The notes under the pieces are model-generated. The model was not told the DNA's origin. It saw only the letters and a list, made by a program, of their open reading frames with translations, and searched no databases. 64,000 nucleotides of DNA from an uncultured Acidimicrobiales bacterium (lineage in GTDB: Bacteria; Actinomycetota; Acidimicrobiia; Acidimicrobiales; VFJN01), in assembly GCA_963830865.1 (NCBI GenBank), contig CAWHNU010000009.1, positions 495,062 through 559,061 on the forward strand, in the 5' to 3' direction. A program made the position numbers and the translations under genes. Shown in pieces: positions 26,792 to 39,227 of the stretch. The stretch's first letter is position 1. The number at the start of each line of letters is the position of its first letter.

Positions 26792-28014
26792 TGACCGAGC
26801 GAAGCGAGGTCCGTGAGCACACCGGCCACCTGCCGCTCGCCGACCTCCGGGTGGTCGACCTGACGGTCGCCCGGGCCGGGCCGACCTGCGTCCGCCAGCT
26901 CGCCGACTGGGGCGCCGACGTCGTGCGGGTCGAGCCGCCCGCCGCCGGCGGCGAGGGCCCGGTGGGCCAGCACCGGGGCGGGTCGGACTACCAGAACCTC
27001 CACCGCAACAAGCGCTCCCTCGGCCTCGACCTCAAGGCGCCGGGCGCACGCGACGTGCTCTACCGCCTGGTCGACCGGGCCGACGTGCTGGTCGAGAACA
27101 TGCGGCCGCCGGTCAAGGCCCGCCTCGGGTTCGACTGGGAGACCGTCCACGCCCGCAACCCGCGCCTGGTCTACGGGTCGATCTCGGGCTTCGGCCAGGA
27201 CGGGCCGTACGCGGAGCGGGGCGGCGTCGACCAGATCGCGCAGGGCATGGGCGGGCTGATGAGCGTCACCGGGTTGCCCGGGACCGAGCCGACACGGGTG
27301 GGCATCCCGGTGTCGGACCTGTCGGCCGGGCTGTACCTGGCGGTCGGCATCCTCGTCGCCCTGCACGATCGCGAGCGCACCGGCGTCGGCCGCTGGGTCC
27401 AGACGTCCCTGGTCGAGGCGATGGTGGCGATGATGGACTTCCAGGCGGCGCGATGGACGATCGACGGCGACGTGCCGGTCCAGGAGGGCAACCACCACCC
27501 GACGCTCGTGCCGATGGGCTGCTTCGCCTCGGCCGACGGCTACGTGAACATCGCCGGGCCCGCCGGCCGGCTGTTGCGGGCGTTCTGCGACGCCATCGGC
27601 TTGCCCGACCTGCCCGACGACCCCCGGTTCAGCTCGGCGGGCCGCCGCTCGCGCCACCGCGACGAGCTGAACGACCTGGTCGCCGCCCGCCTGCGCACCC
27701 GGACCACCGCCGAGTGGGTCGAGATCCTCAACGCCGCCGGCGTGCCCTGCGGGCCGGTGTACGCGATGGACGAGGTGTTCGCCGACCCCCAGGTCGAGCA
27801 CCTGGCGATGACGGCGCCCGTCGACAACGCCGCGCTGGGGCCGCTGACGCTGGTCCGCAACGCGGTGCGGATGACCGGCGCGGGCCCGACCGTGCGGACG
27901 GCCGCGCCGGGCGCCGGCAGCGACACCGGGGACGTGCTCGCCGAGCTGGGCCTGGGCCAGGACGAGATCGCCGAGCTGCGCCGGGCCGGCGCGATCGGCC
28001 AGGAGGCGTTATGA
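26791..28014 (+). CDS. Family III CoA-transferase (CaiB/BaiF)
   Basis: The ATG overlaps the upstream TGA. LADLRVVDLTVARAGPTCVRQLADWGADVVRVEP and NKRSLGLDLK are family motifs. Confidence 0.85.
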   Translation: MTERSEVREHTGHLPLADLRVVDLTVARAGPTCVRQLADWGADVVRVEPPAAGGEGPVGQHRGGSDYQNLHRNKRSLGLDLKAPGARDVLYRLVDRADVLVENMRPPVKARLGFDWETVHARNPRLVYGSISGFGQDGPYAERGGVDQIAQGMGGLMSVTGLPGTEPTRVGIPVSDLSAGLYLAVGILVALHDRERTGVGRWVQTSLVEAMVAMMDFQAARWTIDGDVPVQEGNHHPTLVPMGCFASADGYVNIAGPAGRLLRAFCDAIGLPDLPDDPRFSSAGRRSRHRDELNDLVAARLRTRTTAEWVEILNAAGVPCGPVYAMDEVFADPQVEHLAMTAPVDNAALGPLTLVRNAVRMTGAGPTVRTAAPGAGSDTGDVLAELGLGQDEIAELRRAGAIGQEAL

Positions 28015-28817
28015 CAACCACCTACGACACCGGCACCGACATGCTGCTCGCTAGCGCCGACGACGGCATCGCCACGCTCACGTTCAACAACCCGGACAAG
28101 CACAATGCCCTGTCCCGGGAGATGCAGGCCGCCCTGCCCGCCGCGCTGCGGGCGCTGGACGGCGACCCGGACGTGCGGGTGATCGTGGTGCGGGGGGCGG
28201 GCGACCGGGCGTTCGTGTCGGGCGCCGACATCTCGGAGTTCGGCGAGCACCGGACGACGCCCGAGGCCCGGGCCGGCTACGACCGCGGCCAGGGTGACGC
28301 GGGCCGGGCGTGGGCTGCGGTGGGCAAGCCGGTCATCGCGATGATCCGCGGCTACTGCATCGGCGGCGGCCTGCTCACCGCCCTGCGGGCGGACATCCGC
28401 ATCGCGTCGCAGGACGCCCAGTTCGCGGTCCCGGCCGCCCGCCTGGGCCTCGGCTACCCGCTGGCCGGCGTCGCGGCCCTGGCCGACGTCGTCGGCGCGG
28501 CCGGGGCGGCCGAGATCCTGTTCTCGGCCCGGCGCCTGAACGCCGAGGAGGCGCTGCGCCTGGGGCTGGTCAACCGGGTCGTGCCGGTCGCCGACCTGGC
28601 CGCCGCGGTCGACGACCTGGCGCGCCAGATCGCCGCCAACGCCCCGCTCACGGTGGCGGCGTGCAAGGCGGCCCTGCGCGAGCTGGGCCGGCCCGTCGAG
28701 CGGCGCGACGTCGAGCGGGTGGCGACGATGGTCGAGGCGTGCTTCCGGTCCGAGGACTACCGCGAGGGCCAGCGCGCCTTCGCCGAGCGCCGCCCGCCCG
28801 AGTTCCGGGGGGAATGA
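28011..28817 (+). CDS. Enoyl-CoA hydratase
   Basis: ATGA overlap with the upstream gene. IATLTFNNPDKHNAL...VIVVRGAGDRAFVSGADISEF is the crotonase signature. Confidence 0.85.
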   Translation: MTTTYDTGTDMLLASADDGIATLTFNNPDKHNALSREMQAALPAALRALDGDPDVRVIVVRGAGDRAFVSGADISEFGEHRTTPEARAGYDRGQGDAGRAWAAVGKPVIAMIRGYCIGGGLLTALRADIRIASQDAQFAVPAARLGLGYPLAGVAALADVVGAAGAAEILFSARRLNAEEALRLGLVNRVVPVADLAAAVDDLARQIAANAPLTVAACKAALRELGRPVERRDVERVATMVEACFRSEDYREGQRAFAERRPPEFRGE

Positions 28818-28830
28818 CGACGCCGCGCTA

Positions 28831-28845
28831 TTGACGAGACGTCAA
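28831..28845. promoter_or_regulatory. Perfect palindrome TTGACGAGACGTCAA (6-3-6)
   Basis: Read directly, 14 bp after the crotonase stop in a locally lower-GC spacer. It could be a small terminator stem or an operator, and it also contains a -35-like TTGACG. Confidence 0.3.
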
Positions 28846-28873
28846 CCCGCTGCTACCAGACCCACCAGTCCGT

Positions 28874-28915
28874 CAATTGCAGTCAGCACTGGCGGCAATT
28901 GCAGTCAGCACTGGC
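28874..28915. repeat. Tandem direct repeat, 2 x CAATTGCAGTCAGCACTGGC with 22-bp period; candidate operator
   Basis: Identical 20-mers occur at 28874-28893 and 28896-28915, about 55 bp upstream of the TTG start at 28971. Each unit holds a CAATTG palindrome and a CAGT..ACTG inverted pair. Confidence 0.5.
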
Positions 28916-28970
28916 ATGGTCGGCCGCGATCGACTAGACCACCACCCGACGTAGCCGGAAGGGGGAAGGT

Positions 28971-31460
28971 TTGGCTACTAACGGGGAGTCTGGTCTGCGC
29001 GCGCGTTCCGCGACCTACGCCGGCCTCTTCATCGTCACGCTGACGACGCTGATGTACGAGATCGTGCTGACGCGGATCTTCAGCGTGGCGATGTGGTACC
29101 ACTTCGCCTTCGTCGCCATCTCAGTGGCGCTGTTCGGCCTGACGGTGGGCGCGCTCATCGTCCACCTGCGGCCGCAGTCGTTCGTGGACGCCAAGGTGAA
29201 GCGGCAGATGTGGCGTTTCTCGCTGGCGTACGCGGCCAGCGTCGCCGTGGCGTTCTGCATCCAGCTCTCCATCCCGTTCCTCCCGAGGCTGACGATGGCC
29301 GGCGTCGTGTCGGTCATGCTGACCTGCGTCGTGATCTCGGTGCCGTTCGTGTTCAGCGGCATCGTGGTGGCCCTGGCCCTGACCCGCTTCCCCCGGCGGG
29401 TCAACCGCCTGTACGCCGCCGATCTGGTGGGGGCCAGCCTCGGGTGCGTCCTGCTGGTCGTCGCCTTCAACTGGCTCGACGGGCCCAGCCTCGTCATCGC
29501 CATCGGCGCCCTGGCTGCGGCCGGCAGCCTGATGTTCGCCGTCGACGCCGGCCTGCGCGGCGGCAAGGTGCTGTCCGTCCTCGTTCTCGTCGCCCTCGTC
29601 GGGGTCACCGCCGCCAACTCGTACCGGCACTCGCAGGGCAACCCGTTCATCCGCATCGTGTGGGCGAAGGAGACAGAGGACCCGCTGCACACCTTCGACC
29701 GCTGGAACGCCTTCTCGCGCATCACCGTCGACGGCCAACGCGAGGACGTCGGACCTCCGACCGGCTACGGCATGAGCCCCACGCTGCCCCCCGACATCGT
29801 GCTCCCGCAGATGCCGATGGTCATCGACGGCACCGCCGGCACGATGATCACCGGCTACGACGGCAGCGACGAGGCCACCGACTTCCTCCGCTACGACATC
29901 ACGAACCTCGGCTACTACGCGCTCGAGGAGGCCGGCTTCGATCGCTCCGCCGTCATCGGGGTCGGCGGCGGTCGCGACGTGCTCGCGGGCCTCGAGTTCG
30001 GCGCCGACGACGTGACCGGCATCGAGATCAACGGCAACACCCTCGACCTCATCACCGACGAGCTCGGCGACTACACCAACCTCGGTGCGGACCCGCGGGT
30101 CCACCTCGTGAACGACGAGGCCCGCTCGTGGCTGACCCGCACCGACCAGCGGTTCGACGTCATCCAGATCTCGCTCATCGACACGTGGGCCGCCACCGCC
30201 GCCGGCGCCTTCGCACTCTCGGAGAACTCGCTGTACACCACCGACGCGTGGGACGTGTTCTTCGACCGGCTCGAGCCCGGCGGCGTGCTGTCGGTGTCCC
30301 GCTGGTTCACGACGAAAGTCGGCTCCGAGCCCTTCGAGACGCTGCGCACGGCGTCGCTGGCCTCCGAGGTGCTGACCCGGCACGGCGCCGAGAATCCGCG
30401 TGACCACGTTCTCATCTACGAGGGGGCACCCGGCCAGTACGGCGCCACCGCGGCCACGATCCTCGTCAGCCCCGAGCCGTTCACCGCCACGCAGCTGGCC
30501 ACCACCGCCGAGAACGCCGCGCGGCTCGGGTTCCGCCCGGTGCTGACGCCGACCGAGGTGGGCGACCAGCGCTTCGCCGACATCGTCGCCCCAGGCGGCC
30601 CCGACGCCGGCCTCGCCCAGTTCGACCAGGATCTGTCGCCTCCCACCGACGACCGGCCGTTCTTCTTCCAGATGGCCTCGCTCGGCACGTTCCTGTCGGG
30701 CGAGGGCTTCTCGGACGACCTGGTCTTCCGGCCGGTGCTGGTCCTCGGCTCGCTCGCCCTCGCTGTGCTGCTGCTCGCGGCCGTGTGCATCGGCGGCCCG
30801 CTCGTCCACATGGGCCGGCGCACCCGCCACGCCGGCATGGCGCCCTTCTACCTGTACTTCGCCGGCATAGGGCTCGGGTTCATGCTGATCGAGTTCTCGC
30901 AGCTCCAGCGCCTCAACACGTTCCTGGGCCACCCCACCTACGCCCTGGCGGTCGTGCTGTTCTCGTTGCTGCTGTTCAGCGGAATCGGCAGCATGCTCGT
31001 GGAGAAGGTCGTCGATCCCGACCGGCCGCGCTCGTTCCTCGTCCCGATCGGGGTGCTGCTCGGGATCATCGTCCTGTTCCGGTTCGTCACCGTGCCCGCC
31101 ACCGACGCGATGGCGGGCGGCACGACGTTCGAGCGGGTGGGCACGGCGGTCGCCCTGCTGGCGCCGCTGGCGCTCGCCATGGGCATGCCGTTCGCCATCG
31201 GCATGGGCGTCGCCTCGCGGCGCGCCGGGGCCCCCACCGCGTTCCTGTGGGGCATCAACGGGGCGATGTCGGTGGTGGCCTCGGTGTTCGGCGCGCTGCT
31301 CGCGATGTTCTTCGGCATCAACGTCACGTTCGGGGCCGGGTTCGTGGCCTACGCGGTTGCCGCGCTGGCGCTCGTGCTGATCGTCCGCGGCCTGGTCCGG
31401 GCGTCGCAGCGAGCGCGCCGCCGTGGCCGCCGTCCGGGGCGCGCCCAACGGCGACGGTGA
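28971..31460 (+). CDS. Polytopic membrane protein fused to a spermidine-synthase-like (class I methyltransferase-fold) domain
   Basis: 829-aa ORF with a TTG start preceded by GGAAGGGGGAAGG. It has about 7 N-terminal TM segments, a central domain (VIGVGGGRDVLAGLEFGADDVTGIEING...DVIQISLIDTWAA...LEPGGVLSVSRW) and C-terminal TM segments. The last roughly 20 codons are Arg-rich; see the finding on a possible 3' frame break extending the gene to 31551. Confidence 0.8.
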   Translation: MATNGESGLRARSATYAGLFIVTLTTLMYEIVLTRIFSVAMWYHFAFVAISVALFGLTVGALIVHLRPQSFVDAKVKRQMWRFSLAYAASVAVAFCIQLSIPFLPRLTMAGVVSVMLTCVVISVPFVFSGIVVALALTRFPRRVNRLYAADLVGASLGCVLLVVAFNWLDGPSLVIAIGALAAAGSLMFAVDAGLRGGKVLSVLVLVALVGVTAANSYRHSQGNPFIRIVWAKETEDPLHTFDRWNAFSRITVDGQREDVGPPTGYGMSPTLPPDIVLPQMPMVIDGTAGTMITGYDGSDEATDFLRYDITNLGYYALEEAGFDRSAVIGVGGGRDVLAGLEFGADDVTGIEINGNTLDLITDELGDYTNLGADPRVHLVNDEARSWLTRTDQRFDVIQISLIDTWAATAAGAFALSENSLYTTDAWDVFFDRLEPGGVLSVSRWFTTKVGSEPFETLRTASLASEVLTRHGAENPRDHVLIYEGAPGQYGATAATILVSPEPFTATQLATTAENAARLGFRPVLTPTEVGDQRFADIVAPGGPDAGLAQFDQDLSPPTDDRPFFFQMASLGTFLSGEGFSDDLVFRPVLVLGSLALAVLLLAAVCIGGPLVHMGRRTRHAGMAPFYLYFAGIGLGFMLIEFSQLQRLNTFLGHPTYALAVVLFSLLLFSGIGSMLVEKVVDPDRPRSFLVPIGVLLGIIVLFRFVTVPATDAMAGGTTFERVGTAVALLAPLALAMGMPFAIGMGVASRRAGAPTAFLWGINGAMSVVASVFGALLAMFFGINVTFGAGFVAYAVAALALVLIVRGLVRASQRARRRGRRPGRAQRRR

Positions 31461-31719
31461 GGGTGACGGTGACGGCGCCGCCGACGAGGAGACGACGACG
31501 ACCGGGACCGAGCGCAAGGACGACGGCGTGCGCGCGCCGGCGAAGGCCTGACCGGGGACGGTCACGCCAGCCAACCGGCCGTCGACGGTCACGCAGGTGA
31601 TCTCCATGCGGGCGATCGTGCCGCATGGCGAGGGGCTTCGTCTCTAACTGGCCATCAGATGACCGGTTTCGGTCGTACTGTCGTGGAAGGCAACGAATCC
31701 ACGACGCGAGGAGACCGCC

Positions 31720-32580
31720 ATGCTCAGCCGCACGGATTACCCGGCCGGAGTGCCCTGCTGGATCGACGTGGTCGAGACCGATACCGACGCCGCCTCTGCG
31801 TTCTACGGCGACCTGTTCGCCTGGACCTACGAGACCCGCACGCCCGACGGCGCGCCCCAGAGCTACGCCTACGCCCGCCGCGACGGACTCGTCGTCGCCG
31901 GGGTCGGCGGCCCGCCTTCGGAGGGCGAGCCGACCGGGTGGACCAGCTACGTGCGGGTCGACTCCGCGGACGAGACCGCGGCGGCGGTCACCGCCAACGG
32001 CGGCCGGGTGGTGATCGCGCCCTACGACGTCGGCCCCGCCGGGCGGGTGGCCGTCTGCGCCGACCCCGAGGGTGCCGTGTTCGGGCTGTGGCAGGCCGGC
32101 GAGACCCGGGGCGTCGAGCTGGTCAACGCCGACGGCTCGTGGAACTTCAGCGAGCTCCACACCGCCGATCCCGCGGGCGCCGAGCGGTTCTACGGGGCGG
32201 TGTTCGGGTGGACGCTCAACCCGTTCAGTTTCGGCGGCGGCCAGCAGGCCGGCTTCTGGGCGGTCACGGGCTACGGGCAGTTCCTGGCCGACAGCGACCC
32301 CGAGATCAAGGAGCGCCAGGCGGCCGCCGAGGCGCCCGATGGGTTCTGGAACGCCGTGGCGATCATGCAGCAGATCGACGCCGGGGCCGGCGACCAGCCG
32401 CACTGGACCATCACGTTCGCCGTCGCCGACGCCGAGAAGGCCTACGCCAAGGCGATCGAGCTGGGCGCCACCGAGGTCGTCCCGCTGTTCAACACCGACT
32501 ACACCCGGCAGGGCATGGTGCGCGACCCGCAGGGCGCGGCGTTCACGCTCAGCGAGTACCGGCCGCCAGCGGCGAACTGA
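31720..32580 (+). CDS. VOC-family (glyoxalase/bleomycin-resistance fold) protein, two-domain
   Basis: 286 aa. GVPCWIDVVETDTDAASAFYGDLFAW and FSELHTADPAGAERFYGAVFGW are duplicated VOC N-terminal motifs. Confidence 0.8.
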   Translation: MLSRTDYPAGVPCWIDVVETDTDAASAFYGDLFAWTYETRTPDGAPQSYAYARRDGLVVAGVGGPPSEGEPTGWTSYVRVDSADETAAAVTANGGRVVIAPYDVGPAGRVAVCADPEGAVFGLWQAGETRGVELVNADGSWNFSELHTADPAGAERFYGAVFGWTLNPFSFGGGQQAGFWAVTGYGQFLADSDPEIKERQAAAEAPDGFWNAVAIMQQIDAGAGDQPHWTITFAVADAEKAYAKAIELGATEVVPLFNTDYTRQGMVRDPQGAAFTLSEYRPPAAN

Positions 32581-32595
32581 CGTCCTCCGGCTTTT

Positions 32596-32635
32596 GTACG
32601 CGGAATTGGTCGCCAGGGCGACCGTTTCCGCGTAC
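32596..32635. repeat. Palindromic intergenic repeat (REP-like), copy 2
   Basis: GTACGCGGAATTGGTCGCC-AG-GGCGACCGTTTCCGCGTAC, with 2 mismatches in a 19-bp stem. It lies between the convergent VOC and ligB genes. Confidence 0.8.
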
Positions 32636-32647
32636 AGAACGCCGGGC

Positions 32648-35630
<2,983 letters not shown>

Positions 35631-35634
<4 letters not shown>

Positions 35635-36434
35635 CCGGCGGCCCGCGCATCTGCGTGTTCGGGCTGGGCGAGGCCGGCTCGCTCCTCGCCGGCGACCTGG
35701 CGGCTGCGGGAGTGGAGACAACCGGCTACGACCCGGCCCCGGTCGCGACCCCGCCGGGGGTCGAGCGCCACGACGACCCCCGGAGCGCGGCGGCCGGGGC
35801 CGACATGGTGCTGGCGGTGACCGCCGCGGCCGACGCCACCGGCGCCCTGACCCAGGCGCTCGACGCCATCCCCCGGGGCGCCATCTACGCCGACCTGGCC
35901 ACGGCGGCCGCCGGGCTCAAGCGGCGGCTGGCGGCGCGCGCCGCCGGGACCGGCATCGAGTTCGCCGACGTGGCGCTGATGGCCCCGGTGGCCGGCTCCG
36001 GCCTGCGCACCCCGGCGCTGGCCTCCGGTCCCGGTGCCGGCCGGGTGGTGACGGTCCTCGGGCCGCTCGGCATGCCGGTCGAGCACGTCGGGGACGAGCC
36101 CGGCGCCGCCGCCACCCGCAAGCTGCTGCGCAGCGTGGTGGTCAAGGGGCTCACCGCCGTCGTGATGGAGTCATTGCGGGCCGCGGCGGCCGCCGGGCTC
36201 GCCGAGGAGACCTGGGACAACATCGTCGCCCAGCTCACCGCGGCCGACGAGGATCTGATCCGCCGGCTGGTCGCGGGGACCGAACGCCACGCGGCCCGCC
36301 GGGTCCACGAGATGGAGGCCGCCGCCGAGCTGCTGCGCGAGCTGGGCGTCGAGCCCACGATGACCGAGGCGACGACCGAGCACCTGCGGGCGGTGGCCGC
36401 CGACGCCGCGACCGTCCCCGCCGTGCCGGAATGA
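35631..36434 (+). CDS. NAD(P)-dependent oxidoreductase (6PGDH-type NAD-binding domain plus DUF1932-like C-terminus)
   Basis: GTGA overlap with the upstream gene. RICVFGLGEAGSLLAGDL forms the Rossmann GxGxxG. The C-terminus is ATRKLLRSVVVKGLTAVVMESL...RHAARRVHEMEAAAELL. Confidence 0.7.
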
Positions 36435-36449
36435 GCCCCGTCGCGTTAT

Positions 36450-36489
36450 CTACGCGGAAATGGTCGCTGTGGCGACCGCTTCCGCGTAG
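36450..36489. repeat. Palindromic intergenic repeat (REP-like), copy 3
   Basis: CTACGCGGAAATGGTCGC-TGTG-GCGACCGCTTCCGCGTAG. The outer GCGTTATC/GAAAACGC flanks (36443-36496) also pair. It lies between convergent genes. Confidence 0.8.
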
Positions 36490-36521
36490 AAAACGCGAAA
36501 TCGGGGCGAGGCAGCGCCGGC

Positions 36522-37163
36522 TCAGGTGCGGTCCTCGAACGCCTCCCAGTGCCGCAGCACGTCGATCACCGACGCCAGGTGGTCGCGCATCGCGACCTCG
36601 GCGGCCGGACCGTCGCCCGCCACCACCGCCTCGACGATCGCCCGGTGCTGGGCGAGCGACTCCTCGGCCCGCCCCGGCACCAGCGCCAGGCTGAACTGGT
36701 GATGCACCGCCCGGTTGCGCAGGTTGGCGACCAGCTCGTCGGCCACCCGGTGCCGGGCGATCGTGCACAGCGCGCCGTGCAGCTGGCGGTTGAGCGTGGA
36801 GTAGCCGACCTTGTCGTCGTGCGCGACCGCGGTGACCATGTCGGCCAGCAGCGACCGCAGCCGCTCGCGATCGGCGTCGCACGCGCGCTCGGCCGCCAGC
36901 CCGGCGACCAGGCCCTCGAGCGCGGCGCGGGCCTGGGTGATCTCGATCGCCTCGGCGACCGTGATGCGGCGCACCGTGGCGCCCCGGTTGGCCTCGCGCC
37001 GCACGAGGCCCTCGGAGTCGAGCTCGGCCAGGGCGGCCCGGATCGCGGCCCGGCCCACGCCGTAGCGGTCGGTGAGCTGCAGCTCGATCAGGCGCTCGCC
37101 CGGCGGGAACGTCCCCCGGAGGATGTCGTCACGGAGCCGGTCCGCCACTGGCGCGGTGATCAC
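36522..37163 (-). CDS. GntR-family (FadR subfamily, FCD domain) transcriptional regulator
   Basis: 213 aa. The wHTH is GERLIELQLTDRYGVGRAAIRAALAELDSEGLV, followed by an all-helical FCD-type C-terminus. Confidence 0.85.
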   Translation of the reverse strand: MITAPVADRLRDDILRGTFPPGERLIELQLTDRYGVGRAAIRAALAELDSEGLVRREANRGATVRRITVAEAIEITQARAALEGLVAGLAAERACDADRERLRSLLADMVTAVAHDDKVGYSTLNRQLHGALCTIARHRVADELVANLRNRAVHHQFSLALVPGRAEESLAQHRAIVEAVVAGDGPAAEVAMRDHLASVIDVLRHWEAFEDRT

Positions 37164-37189
37164 GGATGACGGCCTAGATCGTCAACAGT

Positions 37190-37201
37190 ATTGTGCACAA
37201 C
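37190..37201. promoter_or_regulatory. Palindrome ATTGTGCACAAC (core TTGTGCACAA is perfect) in the gntR/ligC divergent region; candidate GntR operator
   Basis: Read directly, 22 bp upstream of the ligC ATG and 27 bp upstream of the gntR start. Confidence 0.55.
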
Positions 37202-37222
37202 ACGCCAGCGTAGAGGAGGGGC

Positions 37223-38185
37223 ATGGCGGACCGCACGAAGGTCGTCCTGGTGGGGGAGGGCGCCATCGCCCGCCAGCACATGGCCGCCCTCGGCCGCATC
37301 GACGACGCCGAGGTGGTCGCCGTCGTCGGGGGCGACGCCGGGGCGACCGCGGCCTTCGCCGCCGAGTTCGGCATCGCCCGCCACGGGCTCGACCTCGCCG
37401 CCGCCCTCGACGACCCCGCCGTCGACGCCGCGGTGCTCGCCAGCCCGACGCCGCTGCACGCGGCGCAGGCCATCGAGGTCATGGACGCGGGCAAGCACGT
37501 GCTGGTCGAGATCCCCATGGCCGACTTCCTCGCCGGCGCCGAGGCGGTCGTCGCGGCCCGGGAGCGCACGGGCCTGACCGCGATGGTCTGCCACACCCGC
37601 CGGTTCAACCCGAGCCACCAGTGGGTCCACCGCCGCATCCGCTCCGGCGAGTTCACGCTCCAGCACCTGGTGGTCACGACGTTCTTCCTCCGCCGCGAGA
37701 ACACGAACGCCCTGGGCCAGCCCCGCACATGGACCGACCACCTGCTCTGGCACCACGCCTGCCACACCGTGGACCTGTTCCTGCACCAGACCGGCGAGCC
37801 GCCCGCCGCGGCCTGGGCCCAGCAGGGCCCGCCGCACCCCGACCTGGGCATCGCCATGGACATGACGGTCGGGCTCCGTTCGCCGCAGGGCGCGCTGTGC
37901 ACGCTGGCGCTGTCGTTCAACAACGACGGGCCGCTCGGCACCACGTTCCGCTACATCGGCGACACCGGCACCTACGTGGCCCGCTACGACGACCTGGTCG
38001 ATGGCCACGACCGGCCCGTCGACGTGTCGGGCCTGGGCGTCGCCGCCGACGGCATCGAGAACCAGGACCGCGAGTTCGTGGCCGCCATCCGCGAGGGGCG
38101 GGAGCCTGTGGCCGGCGTCGCCGCGTGCCTGCCGACGATGCGGGTGCTCGACCGGCTCGACAGGGCGCTGCACGACAAGTCGTAA
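37223..38185 (+). CDS. ligC: 4-carboxy-2-hydroxymuconate-6-semialdehyde dehydrogenase (Gfo/Idh/MocA family)
   Basis: VCHTRRFNPSHQWVHRRI, RTWTDHLLWHHACHTVDLF, LGIAMDM, LSFNNDGPLGT, ARYDDLV and GIENQDREFVAAIREGREP parallel Sphingobium LigC as recalled. Confidence 0.8.
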   Translation: MADRTKVVLVGEGAIARQHMAALGRIDDAEVVAVVGGDAGATAAFAAEFGIARHGLDLAAALDDPAVDAAVLASPTPLHAAQAIEVMDAGKHVLVEIPMADFLAGAEAVVAARERTGLTAMVCHTRRFNPSHQWVHRRIRSGEFTLQHLVVTTFFLRRENTNALGQPRTWTDHLLWHHACHTVDLFLHQTGEPPAAAWAQQGPPHPDLGIAMDMTVGLRSPQGALCTLALSFNNDGPLGTTFRYIGDTGTYVARYDDLVDGHDRPVDVSGLGVAADGIENQDREFVAAIREGREPVAGVAACLPTMRVLDRLDRALHDKS

Positions 38186-38203
38186 GGACAACAGGGGGAA
38201 CAG

Positions 38204-39203
38204 ATGAAGGTGCAACCGGTCTGGCGGGCGCTCGCGCTCGCCGGAGTAATGGCGTTGGTCGTCGCCGCCTGCGGCGACGACGACGACGGCGACGAGGCCC
38301 AATCCGGCACGACCGAGGCTCCGGCCAGCGAGGAGATGACGAGCATCTCGGTGGGCGTGGTGCCCGTCGTGGACGTGGCCCCGCTCTACCTCGGCATCTC
38401 CAAGGGCTTCTTCGAGGAGGAGGGCCTCGACGTCACGCCGGTCGTCGCCCAGGGCGGCGCGGCGATCGTCCCGGCGGTCGTCAACGGCGACCAGGAGATC
38501 GGCTTCTCCAACGTCGTGTCGCTCATGCTCGCCCAGACCCAGAACGTGCCGGTGACGATCATCTCGCAGGGCATCCAGGCCACCGACGACGCGGACAACG
38601 ACACCGCCGCGATCGCGGTGGCGGCCGACAGCGACGTCCAGGAGCCGGCCGACCTGGAGGGCAAGACGATCGCCATCAACACGCTCAACAACATCAGCCA
38701 GCTGACGGTCACCGCCGCACTCGACAGCGAGGGCGTCGACACCTCGACGCTCCAGTTCGTCGAGGTGCCGCTGCCCGACATGGTCGGCCAGCTCGAGGCC
38801 GGCCAGATCGACGCCGCCGGCCTGGTCGAGCCGTTCGTCACCACCGGCAAGGACGCCGGCATGCGCATGATCATCTACGACCGCGTGGCGACCGAGCCCG
38901 AGATGACCGTGGCGACCTACTTCACGTCGGACTCCTACCTGGAGTCGAACCCCGACCAGGTCGACGCGTTCGTCCGGGCGATGAACCGCTCGCTGGAGTA
39001 CGCCACCGAGAACCCCGACGAGGCCCGGCAGGCGATCGCCGACTACACGGAGATCCCGCCCGACGTGCTGGAGCGGGTCGTGCTGCCGCTGTGGCAGACC
39101 GACCTCGAACCAGGCCTCGATCGAGAACACCGCCGGGCTGATGGTCGACCAGGGCATCGCGCAGTCCGAGCCCGACGTCGAGGCCCTGATCGCCCAGCGC
39201 TGA
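38204..39203 (+). pseudogene. ABC transporter substrate-binding lipoprotein (NMT1/SsuA/TauA-like), one +1 frame break near 39108-39117
   Basis: The signal has a lipobox (LVVAAC). GVVPVVDVAPLYLGISKGFFEEEGLDV is family-typical. After ...LPLWQTDL the C-terminus ASIENTAGLMVDQGIAQSEPDVEALIAQR continues in the next frame to TGA 39201-39203. Length is 1000 nt. Confidence 0.75.
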
Positions 39204-39227
39204 CGCCAATCCCCGGGAGGGACCGCC

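Noticed and set aside
31461-31607. Possible small minus-strand gene beginning MEITCVTVDGRLAGVTVPGQAF... in the spacer after the spermidine-synthase-like gene.
   Set aside because: It is simply the 5' end of the 828-aa antisense shadow ORF, with no stop for 2.4 kb. The same DNA is better explained as the +1-frame acidic tail of the plus-strand gene.
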